Virus record (IMG/VR): IMGVR_UViG_2537562216_000005
Reading direction: 5' to 3' (one strand)
DNA: 6,099 nt
Source of the DNA: a virus
Lineage: Duplodnaviria; Heunggongvirae; Uroviricota; Caudoviricetes
The position numbers and the translations under genes are program-made. The notes under the pieces are model-generated. The model had not been told where the DNA came from. It ran no database searches and saw only the letters and a program-made list of their open reading frames with translations. Below are positions 1 through 6,099 of this stretch, in pieces. The stretch's first letter is position 1; every line of letters starts with the position of its first letter.

Positions 1-773
1 CCGCTGTATTGCCGCGTCTGCGGGTTATAGTTCGACGGCACCTGCAGAATGCGCCCGCGCAGATGATAATTACGGCTCACCTGCTGGCTGCCGAACTGCT
101 CCGAATCCACCTGCACGCCGACCAGTGCCGTGTTCGGGTAGCCCTGTTTCACATCGATGATTTCGGTGTATGACGACCAGAGCGTTTTGTTCTGCAGCTG
201 GTCTGTGGTGCTGTCCGGCGTCATCCTGCGCATCCGGATATTGAACGGGCGCGGCGGCAGGTTATCCACCACCACCGAGGCCAGATACTGCGAGGTGGTT
301 TTGCCCTTAATGGTGATGTCTTTTTCCGTCACCCAGCCACCATTACGCTGGATCTGAACCAGCAGGCGGACTTCCGACGGATTCCTGTCCCCCTTTGAGG
401 TGGTTTCCACCAGTGCCTGCACGCCGAAGGTAAAACGCAGTCGGTCAATGTTTGCCGACGTGATGGTCCGGGTGATCGGCGTGTCGTATTTCACTTCCGT
501 ACCCAGCACCGTCTCGGAGCCGGAGGATTCAAATCCCTCCGGCGGTGTCTGCTCCTGCTCACCGGCCCGGAACACCACCGTGACGCCGGAGATATTGGTA
601 TTCCCCTCACTGTCCAGCACCGGCGTACTGTTCAGCAGCACGCTTTTTAATCCATCCACCGGACCTTCAACCGGCCCTTCGCTGATGGCATCGATCACAC
701 TCAGCAACTGCGTGGACTTCAGGTTGTCCTTCGCTTCGCGCGGGGTATGCCCCTTACTGCTGCCTTTACCCAT
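1..773 (-). CDS. J: Tail tip / central tail fibre (host specificity) protein J, N-terminal ~257 codons; partial, continues beyond the window start
   Basis: Reverse complement of 741..773 reads ATG GGT AAA GGC AGC AGT AAG GGG CAT ACC CCG = MGKGSSKGHTP, which I recognise as the lambda gpJ N-terminus. GGAG lies 8 nt upstream of the ATG (revcomp of ~782..785). The start sits 60 nt downstream of the I stop, as in lambda. I did not translate the rest of the frame down to position 1, and the supplied ORF track only lists complete ORFs, so openness to the window edge is assumed from the lambda layout. Confidence 0.88.
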   Translation of the reverse strand, partial: MGKGSSKGHTPREAKDNLKSTQLLSVIDAISEGPVEGPVDGLKSVLLNSTPVLDSEGNTNISGVTVVFRAGEQEQTPPEGFESSGSETVLGTEVKYDTPITRTITSANIDRLRFTFGVQALVETTSKGDRNPSEVRLLVQIQRNGGWVTEKDITIKGKTTSQYLASVVVDNLPPRPFNIRMRRMTPDSTTDQLQNKTLWSSYTEIIDVKQGYPNTALVGVQVDSEQFGSQQVSRNYHLRGRILQVPSNYNPQTRQYS

Positions 774-795
774 TCCTCACGCTCCATAAACGACA

Positions 796-815
796 AAACC
801 GCCCGCAGGCGGTTT
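796..815 (-). terminator. Putative terminator-like stem-loop in the I-J intergenic spacer (perfect 8-bp stem, 4-nt loop, T-rich tail on the minus strand)
   Basis: 796..803 (aaaccgcc) pairs perfectly with 808..815 (ggcggttt) around loop cgca (804..807). On the minus strand the hairpin reads AAACCGCC-TGCG-GGCGGTTT followed by TGTCGTTTAT, i.e. a GC-rich core stem with a U-rich 3' tail. The plus-strand reading has no U-tract after the stem. Function is not established. Confidence 0.3.
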
Positions 816-833
816 CACATAAAACATTTTGCA

Positions 834-1505
834 TCAGCGACCAATCACCACAACCTGACCACCGTCCCCTTCGTCTGCCGTGCTGATCTCCTGAGAAACC
901 ACGCGTGACCCCACGCGCATTTCCCCGTACAGAACAGGCAGAACATTGCCCTGGGCAACCATGTTATCCAGTGAGGAGAAATAGGTGTTCTGCTTACCGT
1001 TATCCGTTGTCTGTGTACGGGGAGTTCTGGCTTTCGGTGCCAGCATCTGCGCCACACCACCGAGCACCATACTGGCACCGAGAGAAAACAGGATGCCGGT
1101 CATACCACCGGCCCCAATGGCTGCCCCCCATGCTGCAAGGGTGGCTCCGGCGGTAAAGAATGATCCGGCAATGGCGGCAGCCCCCAGGACAATCTGGAAT
1201 ACGCCACCTGGCTTGGCCCCGGCGACTCTGGGAACAATATGAATCACAGCGCCATCAGGCAGAGTCTCATGTAACTGCGCCGTTAACCCGGACGTGCTGA
1301 CGTCCCGCCCGGCAATCCGTACCTGATACCAGCCGTCGCTCAGTTTCTGACGAAACGCCTGGAGCTGTGTGGCCAGTGCCCGAATGGCTTCAGCCCCCGT
1401 TTTCACACGAAGGTCGATGCGGCGGCCAAATCGTTGTAAATCCCCGTAAAGGCAGATGCGTGCCATGCCCGGTGACGCCAGAGGGAGTGTGTGCGTCGCT
1501 GCCAT
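834..1505 (-). CDS. I: Tail assembly protein I (223 aa); N-terminal ubiquitin-like domain ending in Gly-Gly (aa 100-101), then a glycine/alanine-rich hydrophobic segment
   Basis: 223-aa ORF starting MAATHTLPLASPGMARICLYGDLQRFGRR, matching lambda gpI in sequence and length. Stop TGA at 836..834. Overlaps the 3' end of K by 103 nt in a different frame, as in lambda. Confidence 0.93.
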   Translation of the reverse strand: MAATHTLPLASPGMARICLYGDLQRFGRRIDLRVKTGAEAIRALATQLQAFRQKLSDGWYQVRIAGRDVSTSGLTAQLHETLPDGAVIHIVPRVAGAKPGGVFQIVLGAAAIAGSFFTAGATLAAWGAAIGAGGMTGILFSLGASMVLGGVAQMLAPKARTPRTQTTDNGKQNTYFSSLDNMVAQGNVLPVLYGEMRVGSRVVSQEISTADEGDGGQVVVIGR

Positions 1506-2146
1506 TTGTCGGTATACCTCTCTCGTTTGCTCAGTTGTTCAGGAATATGGTGCAGCAGCTCGCCGTCACCACAGTAAATGGCGGCATGATTCGGCACCGA
1601 TGAACCAAAACAGCACAGCAGTACATCGCCCGGCTGCGCCGCTGACAACGGCACCTGATACAGCCCCGTTGCCTCCAGATTATCCAGATAGAGATTCTGG
1701 CCGTTACGCCACCAGTCATCCTCACGATGAAAATCCGGCATCTCAATCCCCGCCAGATGGTAAGCGTCCCGGAACAGCGTGTAACAGTCCATCACCCCGT
1801 GCTCAAAGCGTCGCCCGGTGAGATGCGGCACACAGCGGAACTTATGAATCGCCCCCCGGCAGACCAGCCACCACGGCAAATCACTCTGCACCTGCAGCCG
1901 CCGGTCAGCATCACTCAGCCAGGGCAGACCACCGGGGTGACTGTGGACCAGCGCCACAATCTCACCCTGAATTTCTGCCTGCAGCCAGTCCTCCGGAGCC
2001 ATCCGGAAATACGCCTCCGGCTCACCGGAGATATTCACGCAGGAAAAATATCTTTCCTCCTCCGGCGTTCTCACCACGAAGCCGCACGACTCCGCTGGCG
2101 CACATCGCCGGGCGTGCGCCAGAATCGCTGATTCTGTCTGTGTCAT
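1403..2146 (-). CDS. K: Tail tip assembly protein K, long form (247 aa) with N-terminal JAB/MPN metallopeptidase-like domain and C-terminal NlpC/P60 cysteine peptidase-like domain; the classical lambda annotation starts at the internal Met (2002), giving 199 aa
   Basis: The frame is open from 2188, but residues from MTQTESAILAHARR (ATG at 2146..2144, 4 nt after the L stop TAA at 2153..2151) are the plausible long form. HSHPGGLPWLSDAD fits the JAMM pattern HxH-x7-S-xx-D (about 1945..1904). NlpC/P60-like Cys (DCYTLF, about 1786..1784) and His (NHAAIY, LLHH) are present. The internal Met (RMAPEDWLQ) at 2002 is preceded by GGAGG about 11 nt upstream. Stop TGA at 1405..1403. Confidence 0.85.
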   Translation of the reverse strand: MTQTESAILAHARRCAPAESCGFVVRTPEEERYFSCVNISGEPEAYFRMAPEDWLQAEIQGEIVALVHSHPGGLPWLSDADRRLQVQSDLPWWLVCRGAIHKFRCVPHLTGRRFEHGVMDCYTLFRDAYHLAGIEMPDFHREDDWWRNGQNLYLDNLEATGLYQVPLSAAQPGDVLLCCFGSSVPNHAAIYCGDGELLHHIPEQLSKRERYTDKWQRRTHSLWRHRAWHASAFTGIYNDLAAASTFV

Positions 2147-2150
2147 GGGA

Positions 2151-2849
2151 TTACTGCGAAAGTTTGTTAATGGAAAGGAAGCCGCCAAAGTTGCCGACGT
2201 TATTGCGGAACTTACAACCGCTCAGGCATTTGCTGCATTTATCCTTCGTGATATCGGACGTTGGCTGGTCATATTCATCCGCGACCGCCGGACCGTGATA
2301 ACCGCACTCATCGCCGCGATAGGTCCAGGTGCAGGTGTTGGCCAGCATGATACGTCCCGGAAAAACAGCGCCGTCCGTTTCCGTCGGCGTGGACAGTACA
2401 AAGGAGGCACTCACCGCGCTCAGTTCGCTGCACTGCTCGATGCGCCAGCGGCTGATCACCTCCTGCTCCGGATCGGCGTCACTGTTTCCGTTGACGAAGT
2501 TCACCGCATCCAGAAAACGGGCGTAAACCTTACGCCGGACCACCGTTCCGCCGACCAGACTCTGCAGATCTTCCGCCATCCCGGTGACCATACCGTACAG
2601 GTTAGAAACCGTCAGTGTGGGGCGCGTACTGGTGCCTTTGCCATTCAGTTCAAAACCGCTCCCCTGAATGGGATACGCCTGATACTGCCTCCCCTGCCAG
2701 GTGACCGGCTCACCTTTTTCGTTCTGCTCATTACAGAAAAAATAACGTTCTCCACCGACCTCTGTCAGATCGATTTCCCAGAGCACCACGCTGGCCGACT
2801 GCTCCGCACGGGTGCATTCATTCAGTGTTTCCTGCCGGATATCCTGCAT
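2151..2849 (-). CDS. L: Minor tail protein L (232 aa)
   Basis: ORF beginning MQDIRQETLNECTRAEQSASVVLWEIDLTEVGGERYFFCNEQ matches lambda gpL in sequence and length. Start ATG (2849..2847) overlaps the M stop as TGATG. Several Cys residues near the C-terminus (CSKCLSGC) suggest a metal/Fe-S-binding motif. Confidence 0.95.
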   Translation of the reverse strand: MQDIRQETLNECTRAEQSASVVLWEIDLTEVGGERYFFCNEQNEKGEPVTWQGRQYQAYPIQGSGFELNGKGTSTRPTLTVSNLYGMVTGMAEDLQSLVGGTVVRRKVYARFLDAVNFVNGNSDADPEQEVISRWRIEQCSELSAVSASFVLSTPTETDGAVFPGRIMLANTCTWTYRGDECGYHGPAVADEYDQPTSDITKDKCSKCLSGCKFRNNVGNFGGFLSINKLSQ

Positions 2850-3178
2850 CAGTTCACCACCTGTTCAAACTCTGCGCTGAACTCAACACGCAGCATACTG
2901 ACCCGCGACGACCATTTTGCGCAGGTCACCTTTATCTGCCGCCACTCATAAGGCGGCGTCCACAGAAAGGATTTCCAGCCCCCGTGCTCTTCCAGAAACG
3001 ACTCCAGTACCGTGGCCTCCTCACGGGAGACAGAAAGCGTCACGCTGTACGTTTTCAGGTTGGCATTCAGCCCGGCAGGCGCTCGCTGGGAATAGCCATC
3101 ACCAAAGCGCACCTTTCTTACAGAAGGGACCGAAGCCACATCCATACCGGGTTTCACTTTCCAGCGGAAGGTTTTCAT
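2849..3178 (-). CDS. M: Minor tail protein M (109 aa)
   Basis: ORF beginning MKTFRWKVKPGMDVASVPSVRKVRFGDGYSQ matches lambda gpM in sequence and length. Start ATG overlaps the H stop as ATGA (3178..3175). Confidence 0.95.
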   Translation of the reverse strand: MKTFRWKVKPGMDVASVPSVRKVRFGDGYSQRAPAGLNANLKTYSVTLSVSREEATVLESFLEEHGGWKSFLWTPPYEWRQIKVTCAKWSSRVSMLRVEFSAEFEQVVN

Positions 3179-5730
3179 CGTCCACCTCCGGAGAACAGGC
3201 CACCATCACGCATCTGTGTCTGAATTTCATCACGGGCACCCTTGCGGGCCATGTCATACACCGCCTTCAGAGCAGCCGGACCTATCTGCCCGTTCGTGCC
3301 GTCGTTGTTAATCACCACATGGTTATTCTGCTCAAACGTCCCGGACGCCTGCGACCGGCTGTCTGCCATGCTGCCCGGTGTACCGACATAACCGCCGGTG
3401 GCATAGCCGCGCATCAGCCGGTAAAGATTCCCCACGCCAATCCGGCTGGTTGCCTCCTTCGTGAAGACAAACTCACCACGGTGAACAATCCCCGCTGGCT
3501 CATATTTGCCGCCGGTTCCCGTAAATCCTCCGGTTGCAAAATGGAATTTCGCCGCAGCGGCCTGAATGGCTGTACCGCCTGACGCGGATGCGCCGCCACC
3601 AACAGCCCCGCCAATGGCGCTGCCGATACTCCCGACAATCCCCACCATTGCCTGTTTAAGCAGAATTTCTGTCATCATGGACAGCACGGAACGGGTGAAG
3701 CTGCGCCAGTTCTGCTCACTGCCGGTCAGCATCGCCGCCATATTCTGCGCAATACCATCAAAGGTCTGCGTGGCTGCACTTTTAACCTGCGACATACTGT
3801 CCGTGGCGCTCTCTTCCCACTCACTCCAGCCGGACTTCAGGCCTGCCATCCAGCTCCCGCGAAGCTGGTCTTCAGCCGCCCAGGTCTTTTTCTGCTCTGA
3901 CATGACGTTATTCAGCGCCAGAGGATTATCGCCATACTGTTCCTTCAGGCGCTGTTCTGTGGCTTCCCGTTCTGCCTGCCGGTCAGTCAGCCCCCGGCTT
4001 TTCGCCTCAATGGCGGCCCGTTTTGCCCGTTGCTGCTGTGCGAATTTATCCGCCTGCTGCGCCAGCGCATTCAGGCGCTCCTGATACGTGACCTTATCGC
4101 CAAGTGCAGCCAGCTGGCGCTTGTACTCCAGTGTCTCATCTTTATGCGCCAGCAGGGATTTCTCCTGTGCGGACAGCTGGCGACGTTGTGCCGCCTCCTC
4201 CAGTACCGCAAACTGACTCTCCGCCTTCCACAAATCCCGGCGCTGCTGGCTGATTTTCTCATTCGCTCCGGCATGCTTCTCCAGCGTCCGGAGTTCTGCC
4301 TGAAGCGTCAGCAGGGCAGCATGAGCACTGTCTTCCTGACGATCGCCCGCAGACACCTTCACGCCTTTCGGCTTTTTCAGCGTCGCTTCATAATCCTTTT
4401 TCGCCGCCGCCATCAGCGTGTTGTAATCCGCCTGCAGGATTTTCCCGTCTTTCAGTGCCTTGTTCAGTTCTTCCTGACGGGCGGTATATTTCTCCAGCGG
4501 CGTCTGCAGGCGTTCGTAAGCCTTCTGCGCCTCTTCGGTATATTTCAGCCGTGACGCTTCGGTATCGCTCTGCTGCTGCGCATTTTTGTCCTGTTGAGTC
4601 TGCTGCTCAGCCTTCTTTCGGGCGGCTTCAAGCGCAAGACGGGCCTTTTCACGATCATCCCAGTAACGCGCCCGCGCTTCATCGTTAACAAAATAATCAT
4701 CCTTGCGCAGATTCCAGATGTCGTCTGCTTTCTTAAACGCAGCCTCTGCCTTAATCAGCATCTCCTGCGCGGTATCAGGACGACCAATATCCAGCACCGC
4801 ATCCCACATGGATTTGAATGCCCGTGCTGTCCTGTCTGCCCAGGTTTCCAGCGTGCCCATGTTCTCTTTCAGGCGGCGGGTCTGGTCATCAAACCCTTTC
4901 GTCGCGGCCTCGTTCGCCGCCTGCAATGCCCCGGCTTCTTCGCCGGAACGCTGCAACTGAGCAACATACGCAATCTGCTCCGCCGTCACGTTATGGAACT
5001 GGCGCGCCATCGCTGTCAGCCCCGACGTCGGGTCAGTGGTCAGCTTCCCGAAGGCTTCAGCGACCTTGTCCACCTCCACGCCGGATGCAGAGGAGAAACG
5101 CGCCACACTCTGGCTGATGGACGCAATCTGAGCCTCACCGCTTACCCCCGCCTTAACCAGTGCGCTGAGTGACTCGCTGGTCTGGTTAAACGTCAGCCCT
5201 GCCGCCTGCCCGGCTCTGGACAGGACCAGCATACGATCTGCCGTCAGCCCGGCCTGATTGCCGGAAAGGACCAGCGTTTTGTTGAAATCGGACAGGGTTG
5301 AGTTGCCCTGATACCAGGCATACGCCAGCGCACCGGTCGCCACCGCCAGCGAGGTGGCCCCCACCATCGGCAGGGTGATCGCACCGGCAAGCCCCCGGAA
5401 CATGGGGATCATCCCGCCGAAGGAGTCCTTCACCTGACCCCCCTGTTGCAGCAGGATCAGCCACGGACTTTGCCCGCCTGCAAGCTGCGTGGCCACGTCA
5501 GTGAACTGCGCAGGCAGCATACGCATGGCGGCTTTATACTGCCCGACGGAAATTCCCGCTTTCTGTGCAGCCAGCGCCTGCCGGTTCATCGACTGTTCAA
5601 CGACTGTCGCTGTTTTTTTCGCATCACTTTCCGTACCGGAAAAATGACGCCTGACTCTGGCCATCTGCTCGTCAAATCTGGCCGCATCCAGACTCAAATC
5701 AACGACCAGATCGCCTACCGGTTCAGCCAT
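3175..5730 (-). CDS. H: Tail length tape measure protein H (851 aa)
   Basis: 851-aa ORF beginning MAEPVGDLVVDLSLDAARFDEQMARVRRHFSG, recognisable as lambda gpH. It has a long Ala/Gln/Glu/Lys/Arg-rich central region with a coiled-coil look, and a Gly-rich hydrophobic C-terminal segment (IVGSIGSAIGGAVGGGASASGG). Its start overlaps the T stop by 8 nt, as in lambda. Confidence 0.95.
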   Translation of the reverse strand: MAEPVGDLVVDLSLDAARFDEQMARVRRHFSGTESDAKKTATVVEQSMNRQALAAQKAGISVGQYKAAMRMLPAQFTDVATQLAGGQSPWLILLQQGGQVKDSFGGMIPMFRGLAGAITLPMVGATSLAVATGALAYAWYQGNSTLSDFNKTLVLSGNQAGLTADRMLVLSRAGQAAGLTFNQTSESLSALVKAGVSGEAQIASISQSVARFSSASGVEVDKVAEAFGKLTTDPTSGLTAMARQFHNVTAEQIAYVAQLQRSGEEAGALQAANEAATKGFDDQTRRLKENMGTLETWADRTARAFKSMWDAVLDIGRPDTAQEMLIKAEAAFKKADDIWNLRKDDYFVNDEARARYWDDREKARLALEAARKKAEQQTQQDKNAQQQSDTEASRLKYTEEAQKAYERLQTPLEKYTARQEELNKALKDGKILQADYNTLMAAAKKDYEATLKKPKGVKVSAGDRQEDSAHAALLTLQAELRTLEKHAGANEKISQQRRDLWKAESQFAVLEEAAQRRQLSAQEKSLLAHKDETLEYKRQLAALGDKVTYQERLNALAQQADKFAQQQRAKRAAIEAKSRGLTDRQAEREATEQRLKEQYGDNPLALNNVMSEQKKTWAAEDQLRGSWMAGLKSGWSEWEESATDSMSQVKSAATQTFDGIAQNMAAMLTGSEQNWRSFTRSVLSMMTEILLKQAMVGIVGSIGSAIGGAVGGGASASGGTAIQAAAAKFHFATGGFTGTGGKYEPAGIVHRGEFVFTKEATSRIGVGNLYRLMRGYATGGYVGTPGSMADSRSQASGTFEQNNHVVINNDGTNGQIGPAALKAVYDMARKGARDEIQTQMRDGGLFSGGGR

Positions 5731-6099
5731 ACCGGACTCCTCCTGCGATCCCTTCTGATACTGTCATCAGCATTACGTCATCCTCCGTCATGTCCGCCAC
5801 ATCCGGGGAAGCGGGGATAACTTCATTCCCGTCCGGGCCAAAGCGGACGCCTCCGGCAAGCCCTGCCGCTTTCTGCATCAGCACATCATCTTCAGGCTCT
5901 TCGTCAGCCTCGCGCCGGTTCAGCAGACTGAAATCCAGCGGATGCATATCCGGATCGCTGAAAAACAGGCTGAGTACGGTGTACGTCAGCCCGGAAAAGT
6001 GCATATCCAGCAGAACATCATGAAAATAATGGGTACTGTAAAAGCGGTGCCAGTCGGCATACTCCGTGGATGACATCCCGGCAAGCATGGCGCGCCAGT
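5723..6099 (-). CDS. T: Tail assembly chaperone T-frame segment (C-terminal part of the G-T frameshift fusion); partial, reading frame continues past the window end
   Basis: ORF ...WRAMLAGMSSTEYADWHRFYSTHYFHDVLLDMHFSGLTYTVLSLFFSDPDMHPLDF...GGVRYG* matches the lambda T reading frame. Stop at 5725..5723. The frame is still open at 6097 (codons upstream of the listed Met read W-R-A). By lambda geometry the G stop and the G-T slippery site lie about 40-55 nt beyond the window end. Confidence 0.85.
   Translation of the reverse strand, partial: WRAMLAGMSSTEYADWHRFYSTHYFHDVLLDMHFSGLTYTVLSLFFSDPDMHPLDFSLLNRREADEEPEDDVLMQKAAGLAGGVRFGPDGNEVIPASPDVADMTEDDVMLMTVSEGIAGGVRYG

Noticed and set aside
157-789. 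Plus-strand ORFs 157..357 and 400..789 at the left end
   Set aside because: Antisense to the J N-terminal coding region, whose minus-strand translation begins with the recognisable gpJ start MGKGSSKGHTP. These are shadow ORFs.
845-1242. Nested ORFs inside I (845..1078 minus; 905..1156 and 985..1242 plus)
   Set aside because: Alternative-frame or antisense ORFs within the I gene; Trp/Arg/Cys-rich or Pro/Ala-rich translations with no supporting signals.
1403-1505. Possible K-I fusion by programmed -1 frameshifting in the overlap
   Set aside because: I is in the -1 frame relative to K, but I found no X-XXY-YYZ slippery heptamer in the K frame within the overlap, and I has its own start codon.
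2147-2188. Further upstream extension of K to the first ATG of the open frame (MAASFPLTNFRSNP..., start 2188)
   Set aside because: It would overlap the last 13 codons of L with no ribosome-binding site, whereas ATG 2146 sits just after the L stop in a coupling arrangement. The true start cannot be settled from sequence alone.
2145-2951. 268-aa plus-strand ORF antisense to L and K, and other long plus-strand ORFs (2917..3582, 3566..4084, 4030..4554, 4594..5172, 5446..5820)
   Set aside because: They lie wholly inside well-supported minus-strand genes. Their translations are low-complexity and rich in Arg/Pro/Ser/Cys, typical of shadow ORFs in GC-rich coding DNA, and none has a convincing ribosome-binding site or recognisable domain.
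3175-5730. Internal promoters or independent genes within H
   Set aside because: The 851-aa frame is continuous and matches gpH throughout. Lambda late genes are transcribed from a single upstream promoter, so AT-richer patches inside H are not persuasive promoters.
1-6099. CRISPR arrays, tandem repeats, tRNA/rRNA genes, insertion-sequence ends or integrase/att sites
   Set aside because: No direct-repeat/spacer periodicity, no terminal inverted repeats flanking an ORF and no tRNA-like structure noticed on reading; the window is about 99 percent coding for tail proteins.

Overview
This window is a conventional lambda-type phage tail-assembly module, most likely a lambdoid prophage or lambda-derived DNA in an enterobacterial background. 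All genes are on the minus strand and tightly packed; read 5'->3' on that strand the order is T (partial, C-terminal part of the G-T chaperone), H (tape measure, 851 aa), M, L, K, I, then the start of J (central tail fibre). The translated ORFs match my memory of phage lambda gpT, gpH, gpM, gpL, gpK, gpI and gpJ almost residue for residue, and gene lengths and overlaps follow the lambda layout. I see no rRNA, tRNA, CRISPR array, insertion sequence or inserted cargo gene. I do not think this window holds an undescribed system. The points most worth a second look are: (1) the gpI/gpK pair forms a ubiquitin-like plus JAB/MPN plus NlpC/P60 arrangement, predicted computationally but to my knowledge poorly characterised; (2) the K start codon is ambiguous (199 aa classical versus 247 aa), and only the long form carries the likely JAMM glutamate; (3) a terminator-like hairpin sits in the I-J spacer; (4) H may differ from lambda by a 2-codon indel. 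All calls rest on reading the sequence and recalled family knowledge; no searches were run.
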